From: Candidatus Rifleibacteriota bacterium
Lineage (GTDB): Bacteria; Muiribacteriota; Ozemobacteria; Ozemobacterales; Ozemobacteraceae
DNA length: 29,168 nt
Reading direction: 5' to 3'
NCBI GenBank assembly: GCA_051747585.1
Contig: JBNJGH010000040.1
Span: 1-29,168 of the forward strand
Shown here piece by piece: positions 24,452 through 29,168 of the stretch. The first letter of the stretch is position 1. Every line of letters begins with the position of its first letter. The notes beneath the pieces were generated by a model. It was given only the letters and a program-made list of their open reading frames with translations. It did no database searches and had not been told where the DNA came from. A program made the translations under genes and the position numbers.

Positions 24452-27400
24452 TCAGCGTAAAACCGCAAATTTACCCTTTGCTTTGCGCTTGGTGTCAGGA
24501 TGTGGGCTGGAATCATCAAGCTTGATTACATAAAAGTAAACCCCGTTGGCAAGGTTGCCTGGAAGACGCCATTTATACTTGTTCTCGCCTTGAAAGCCTC
24601 TTATGAATCTCGAGCTTATCTGGTGACCGGAGGTGTCGTAAATTTCGATTTCGACGATTCCGGGAAAATTTAAATAATAGCGAAAATACATAAAGTTGCC
24701 TCTAACCGGATTGGGAAAAACTGAAACCATTCTGAGGCCATTTGTGGGAAGATATTTTACCCATTTTTCTACCGAAGAATCGGTAAGTGATTGAACGAAA
24801 ATTCGTTGGTCGGGTTGTACAAGCAATCTTGAAGTGCTGATATGTGAGCTGGTGTTGTCAATTTTTATCGCACCGCGGAAAAGTCCCGAATGAGTCCCGG
24901 CCTCTTTTAGCTCAAGGTTGAAACCTGTTGAGTCGGCATCAGAGGTGACTTTTACAAAAGTCGAATCGCTGGTAAACCAGTTCAAATCTTCTGCTTCGAT
25001 CTCAATAAAGAGTGATGGCACAGCTAAGATATCGTTCACAGGCTGCGAATAATGCTTTTCCGAATAGAATTTTATATCTTTTATATCTTTGGGCGAAGCT
25101 GCACCTGAATGGCGAAAGTAAAAAATTTTTCGATTGTCAGTCAGTTCAGGACTGGAAAGTTCGAGCCATTCGCCCGGCAGCATGGGAATCTGGTATTGTG
25201 GCTGGTTCTTTACTGACGATAACTCAAGGCTGCATCTGAAGCGCCCACTGTCACTGGCAAGTCTTTGCAGTGGCAGGCGATAAGTAGCTGAAGCTTTGCT
25301 GCCTGTGCGGGCGTGCAAATAAAATTCATTGAGATCGGGAGCAAGGGTAGAAGAAGCTGCAACTTCGACATAGGCAATAGAAGCTTCTATGGTTTCGCTT
25401 GCGATTCTGAGGCTGAATGAATTGTCTTTATAAAGGTTAATGCCTTGCAACCCCCCGGTAGAAAAGTCTAATTGCGTGTCATTAAAAGGTTGCCCGAGAT
25501 AGTCGGTCAGGTTTGTCAGACGTAATGAACAGCTTGCCTGTAGGGGCAAAGTTTGTGTCGGTTGCCATGACAGCTGGGTTGAATCTGATGCATTAAGAAG
25601 AACAGTTCCAATTGTACCTGACGGAACAATCAGACTTGCGCCGGTACTACCAGTCTTTTTAGACATCAGTCTGGAAAAACTGGCGGTGAGTATCGGGTAT
25701 TCTTCAATTTCTGAAGCATTTTCCTGCGGGTAAGTTGAAAGCAATACCGGTAATGTTGCCAGATTGAAGCTCAGCTCGGGTTTGGTTCCGAAGTCCAGCT
25801 GCGCTGTTATTCCACTTTCAGAGAAATCTGTTTCGGGCGTAAAAGTAGCGATAAAAAATCCCGGTGCTTTTTCAATAAGCTTGAGTTCGATGTTCTGGCT
25901 GTCGCTGTTAATTTTTAGAGTTCTATATTCCGGTTTTGTTGAGAAGAGATTCGTGGTTGTAGCTACTACCAGATTTGCACCGGGAATAATTTCGCCGGTT
26001 TGGCTGACAGGTTGATTATCGAGAGGGGGTAAGCCTGTCTTGATCTCTAATTCCGCTTCGCTTTCTCCCAGAGTTGAAAATGCAATCTTTTCCGGTAATA
26101 AAAACAGGCCATTTGCGTCTTTCAGGCTGGTCGAAATTGATAATATATGACTGCTGCCGGTTGCATAACCGTTTGATGGGGAGATTTCAATTGTTTTTCC
26201 AGAGTTTGATGTTGTATCGATGAATTTAATTGATGGGATATCTTCAGAAATTATTACCAGTCCACTGGCAATAGTGTTTGAATTAATGGCTTGACTGAAG
26301 TCTAATCGCAATGGCTGATCAAGATATAAGTCAGCACTTCCCGAGGCAGGATTGACATCTAAGAGTCTGGTCCGGTTGAAGGCGGTAACGGTTATGGCTC
26401 TGTTAGGAGCAACTTGAGGAGTAATGGTAATTTGAGTGCCCAGAGGCAGATTTATTGCTAATTCAAGTGAAAAAACTCCTGAAGGGGGAGAAACCTCTAC
26501 CATTGTTAATTCTTCGCCGTCATAAGTTCCATCAGAAGAATCAACTCTAACTCTTGCGGTTTCATAGGTCGAAAATGAAACATCGTCAGCGACCATTTTT
26601 AAATATAGAGTTCCATTTTTTGCAACTGCGTTAGTAGAAGTTGCATAGGCATTGGTTTCATAATTAGCAAAGCTGCTTATAATAGATGGCGGCGGTGGCG
26701 GCGGTTGAGTGGTAAAGCGCGTAGTTAATTTGGTGCCCAGCTTGTTACCTGATTCATCTTCGATAGTTGAAAAAACTGTCATTTCGTACTCGGTTAAAAG
26801 CTCAAAAAGGCTGTCGGGCTGAAATCTGACCTGTTTTCTGGTTGGACTCTGGGTAAAGATGCCATTCACGGGTGCGCCATCTGAGACTTTGGTAACATTG
26901 AAATAATTTGAATTTGCGTAGGTGCTGTTAACAGATCGGGTAAAGTTCCAGGTTGGCCAGCTGTCTGCCGCTACAGAAACAGCTCCGCTTGCAGGAGAAA
27001 AAGATATTAATGAAAAAGCAGGCATAATATAGAGCTGCTGCTTCAGGTCTGGATTTTCGACAAGAGTCAGGTCCATTTCTTGCTCAGGCTCATCGGGAAT
27101 CAGGAATGAGCCTTCAAAAATTCCGGCAGAGTTCTCGACTAAATCGATAGTGTTGGTAGCATTTATGGTTGAAACTGACAAATGAACTGTTTCGTTTTTA
27201 TGGTAATAAGCGTCTGTGCCTGTTACCCGGGCATATATAGTTTGCCCGACTTCAACCTCACTATCTGAATTAATAAGGTTTGTGCGCGCGGCATCTTCGA
27301 AAAGCCTCAGGTCTGTATAAATCGGGTTTATAGATTGAAATTCGGCTATCATATATGGAAAATTCATGCCATCGGTATCTTTAACAGTATCTTTAAGATT

Positions 27401-29167
27401 TAAAGTTACCGGCGAGTTCTTTGACAATTGTGAATAAATTGTTATTTCATCGGCAGCTGAAATAACCGGAGTAAATGAAACAATACCGGTAGAATCTGAT
27501 AAAAGAATTGTATGCGTGCTGATTGTAGCTGCATCAAAGGGTTTGCCGGCTTTGATTATGAATCTGGTGTCGAGATAAATGCCTGTGCTGCCTGATGCGG
27601 GCTGCAAAGAAGTATAAGTCGGATAACCCAAGGTTCTTATTCGGGTAGAATAACTGGAATCTGCTTCTGAATTTATGGTTAAGGTCGCGTTTTCTTCATC
27701 AAAAAGTTTTTTGCTGCCGGTAAAAACTCCGGTATTTTTACCGGTCTCAACAAGCTTTATTTGATCTGTGGTAGCGGAAATGTCTGATGTCATTCTCAGA
27801 TTGGTGCTGTCGATGCTCGAGCTTGAGTTATCTACTGCTGTTAATTCAAAATAGCAGGTGCTGCCCGGTGGCTGGATTCCGTTGTCGGGAATCTGGCTGG
27901 TATAACCGGAATCAGAAAACGCTTTGAGACTGTTAATATTGGTTGGCTCAATCGAGGTCGCCTGCGTTTTGAAAGTGCTTACAAAGTTATTTTCCATTAA
28001 GTTGCCCGCCAGGTCGCTTAGATTGGCAATTTTCACAAAATAATCGGTTGCGTAAGATAAAGAGTTGTTGGGGGTCAGTTCAATTTGTTTCAGATCAGTG
28101 TTCCAGACTATATCGCAATCTGCTTCAGTATTGTCTGCTGCTGAAAGTTTTATCTTGTCAGTTGTGAGGGTTGTCTGATCAAGGCTTTCGTTTACGCTTA
28201 TGTAGATTGGAGTAGATATGGAAATATCGGTAGAACCTGAAGCTGGCGTAAGTTGACTCAATTCAGGATATGTAAGATTAAGAGTCTGGCTTGCGCTGGG
28301 TTGCTGGCGAGCAGATATCGTGAGAACAAAATCGTCAGGCAGAGAAGTGTAATCTAGTGAGCCACGGAAAACACCAGTGCCTGGGCCTGTTTCTGTTAAA
28401 ATTACGCTGTCACCGATGGTACTGTCGGCTATTGTCTGATCTATTGTATTGGCAGAAGCGTCTGTGCCTCTAAACTCTATATAAATAATGCCACTGCCGG
28501 GAAAATCATCGTTTGTAGCATAAGCTGACCCGGCAGAATAGCTGCTGTCGGCAAAAAGATTGACCTGATTAATGGCTGATGGTTGAGTATTTGAGTTTTG
28601 GGTATCGAAGCTATAAGAGAAGTCGCGATAGACAGGGTTGCCTTGAGGAGATTGAAGCCCTGAAGCAGAGTAGGGGGCCGAAACCGTTATTTTACTCGAA
28701 TAGGGGAGCTGAGCGTCTGGATTGAAAATAAGCTTTTTACCATCGGCAGATAGGCTGCGGGTTCCAGAAATTGCAGTGCTGCCTGAAGCAACTTTAAAGC
28801 TGTTTGTATCACCTGCGTCTGCCAGGCTGTGGCTAAAAGCAGTTGTGATAGATGTGTCGACTCTAACGTCGGTGGCTCCGTTTGCAGTTACGGTTCCAGT
28901 TAGGCTTTCAACCTGAGTTTGCCCGGCAACTAACTCGGGAAAGGAGATGGTTAAGGTTGCTGCCCTGGTAGAGTTTTGATTCGCCAGAAAAGTAATTTTA
29001 CCAGAGTTCACAGGCGGTTGAGGGTTGGGAAAACCATAAAGAGGGATACTGTCGAGATCAAAACTGCCGATATAAAAGCCGGTTGAATTAGAAGCAGTTT
29101 CGTTTAGATAAAATTCCGGGTCATTTGTGGTCCATGATAGATCAAGTGTTACTGTTGCAATATCCTT
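24452..29167 (-). CDS. Giant surface/secreted Ig-like repeat protein with C-terminal T9SS-type/FlgD-like domain (5' end outside window)
   Basis: Frame stays open from the track start 29011 to the window edge (checked codon by codon). Repeated PASG…F…L.F.P…L…Y…D..GN units (Big_5/SbsA-like) alternate with L.E.G..TG.F.G units. Ends VFPNP…IEIYDTSG…LANGVYFYVI…KFAVLR. Confidence 0.9.
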   Translation of the reverse strand, partial: KDIATVTLDLSWTTNDPEFYLNETASNSTGFYIGSFDLDSIPLYGFPNPQPPVNSGKITFLANQNSTRAATLTISFPELVAGQTQVESLTGTVTANGATDVRVDTSITTAFSHSLADAGDTNSFKVASGSTAISGTRSLSADGKKLIFNPDAQLPYSSKITVSAPYSASGLQSPQGNPVYRDFSYSFDTQNSNTQPSAINQVNLFADSSYSAGSAYATNDDFPGSGIIYIEFRGTDASANTIDQTIADSTIGDSVILTETGPGTGVFRGSLDYTSLPDDFVLTISARQQPSASQTLNLTYPELSQLTPASGSTDISISTPIYISVNESLDQTTLTTDKIKLSAADNTEADCDIVWNTDLKQIELTPNNSLSYATDYFVKIANLSDLAGNLMENNFVSTFKTQATSIEPTNINSLKAFSDSGYTSQIPDNGIQPPGSTCYFELTAVDNSSSSIDSTNLRMTSDISATTDQIKLVETGKNTGVFTGSKKLFDEENATLTINSEADSSYSTRIRTLGYPTYTSLQPASGSTGIYLDTRFIIKAGKPFDAATISTHTILLSDSTGIVSFTPVISAADEITIYSQLSKNSPVTLNLKDTVKDTDGMNFPYMIAEFQSINPIYTDLRLFEDAARTNLINSDSEVEVGQTIYARVTGTDAYYHKNETVHLSVSTINATNTIDLVENSAGIFEGSFLIPDEPEQEMDLTLVENPDLKQQLYIMPAFSLISFSPASGAVSVAADSWPTWNFTRSVNSTYANSNYFNVTKVSDGAPVNGIFTQSPTRKQVRFQPDSLFELLTEYEMTVFSTIEDESGNKLGTKLTTRFTTQPPPPPPSIISSFANYETNAYATSTNAVAKNGTLYLKMVADDVSFSTYETARVRVDSSDGTYDGEELTMVEVSPPSGVFSLELAINLPLGTQITITPQVAPNRAITVTAFNRTRLLDVNPASGSADLYLDQPLRLDFSQAINSNTIASGLVIISEDIPSIKFIDTTSNSGKTIEISPSNGYATGSSHILSISTSLKDANGLFLLPEKIAFSTLGESEAELEIKTGLPPLDNQPVSQTGEIIPGANLVVATTTNLFSTKPEYRTLKINSDSQNIELKLIEKAPGFFIATFTPETDFSESGITAQLDFGTKPELSFNLATLPVLLSTYPQENASEIEEYPILTASFSRLMSKKTGSTGASLIVPSGTIGTVLLNASDSTQLSWQPTQTLPLQASCSLRLTNLTDYLGQPFNDTQLDFSTGGLQGINLYKDNSFSLRIASETIEASIAYVEVAASSTLAPDLNEFYLHARTGSKASATYRLPLQRLASDSGRFRCSLELSSVKNQPQYQIPMLPGEWLELSSPELTDNRKIFYFRHSGAASPKDIKDIKFYSEKHYSQPVNDILAVPSLFIEIEAEDLNWFTSDSTFVKVTSDADSTGFNLELKEAGTHSGLFRGAIKIDNTSSHISTSRLLVQPDQRIFVQSLTDSSVEKWVKYLPTNGLRMVSVFPNPVRGNFMYFRYYLNFPGIVEIEIYDTSGHQISSRFIRGFQGENKYKWRLPGNLANGVYFYVIKLDDSSPHPDTKRKAKGKFAVLR

Positions 29168-29168
29168 T

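Noticed and set aside
29009..29011. GTG at 29011 as the start of the giant protein
   Set aside because: The frame is open to the window edge, with no signal peptide or RBS at this position.

Overview
Gene-dense, AT-leaning chromosomal window from a diderm bacterium. The gene content (TolC, lipoproteins, Firmicutes-like MetK/HU/EbfC, a giant Ig-repeat protein) would fit a poorly characterised lineage such as Ca. Riflebacteria, but that is an unverified impression. Core content: metK, a polysaccharide deacetylase, a HAMP membrane protein, a six-gene MacAB-TolC-type export operon, tRNA-Leu(CAG), a Na+/Pi cotransporter with an N-terminal Ig-like domain, modABC, HU, a PP2C-TPR-Hanks kinase-FlgN-like cluster, ybaB/ebfC, and the 3' part of a >1570-aa Ig-repeat protein ending in a T9SS-type/FlgD-like C-terminal domain. 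Most notable: (1) the export operon has three different membrane-fusion modules with very long coiled coils, two of them fused in one 854-aa lipoprotein; (2) a 196-bp non-autonomous element with bipartite terminal inverted repeats carries REP/RPE-like palindromes, and a second one-ended copy supplies the stop codon of its upstream gene; (3) a 50-aa membrane/secreted protein missed by the ORF track sits behind a sigma28-like promoter. No CRISPR array, transposase, integrase or recognisable riboswitch was seen.
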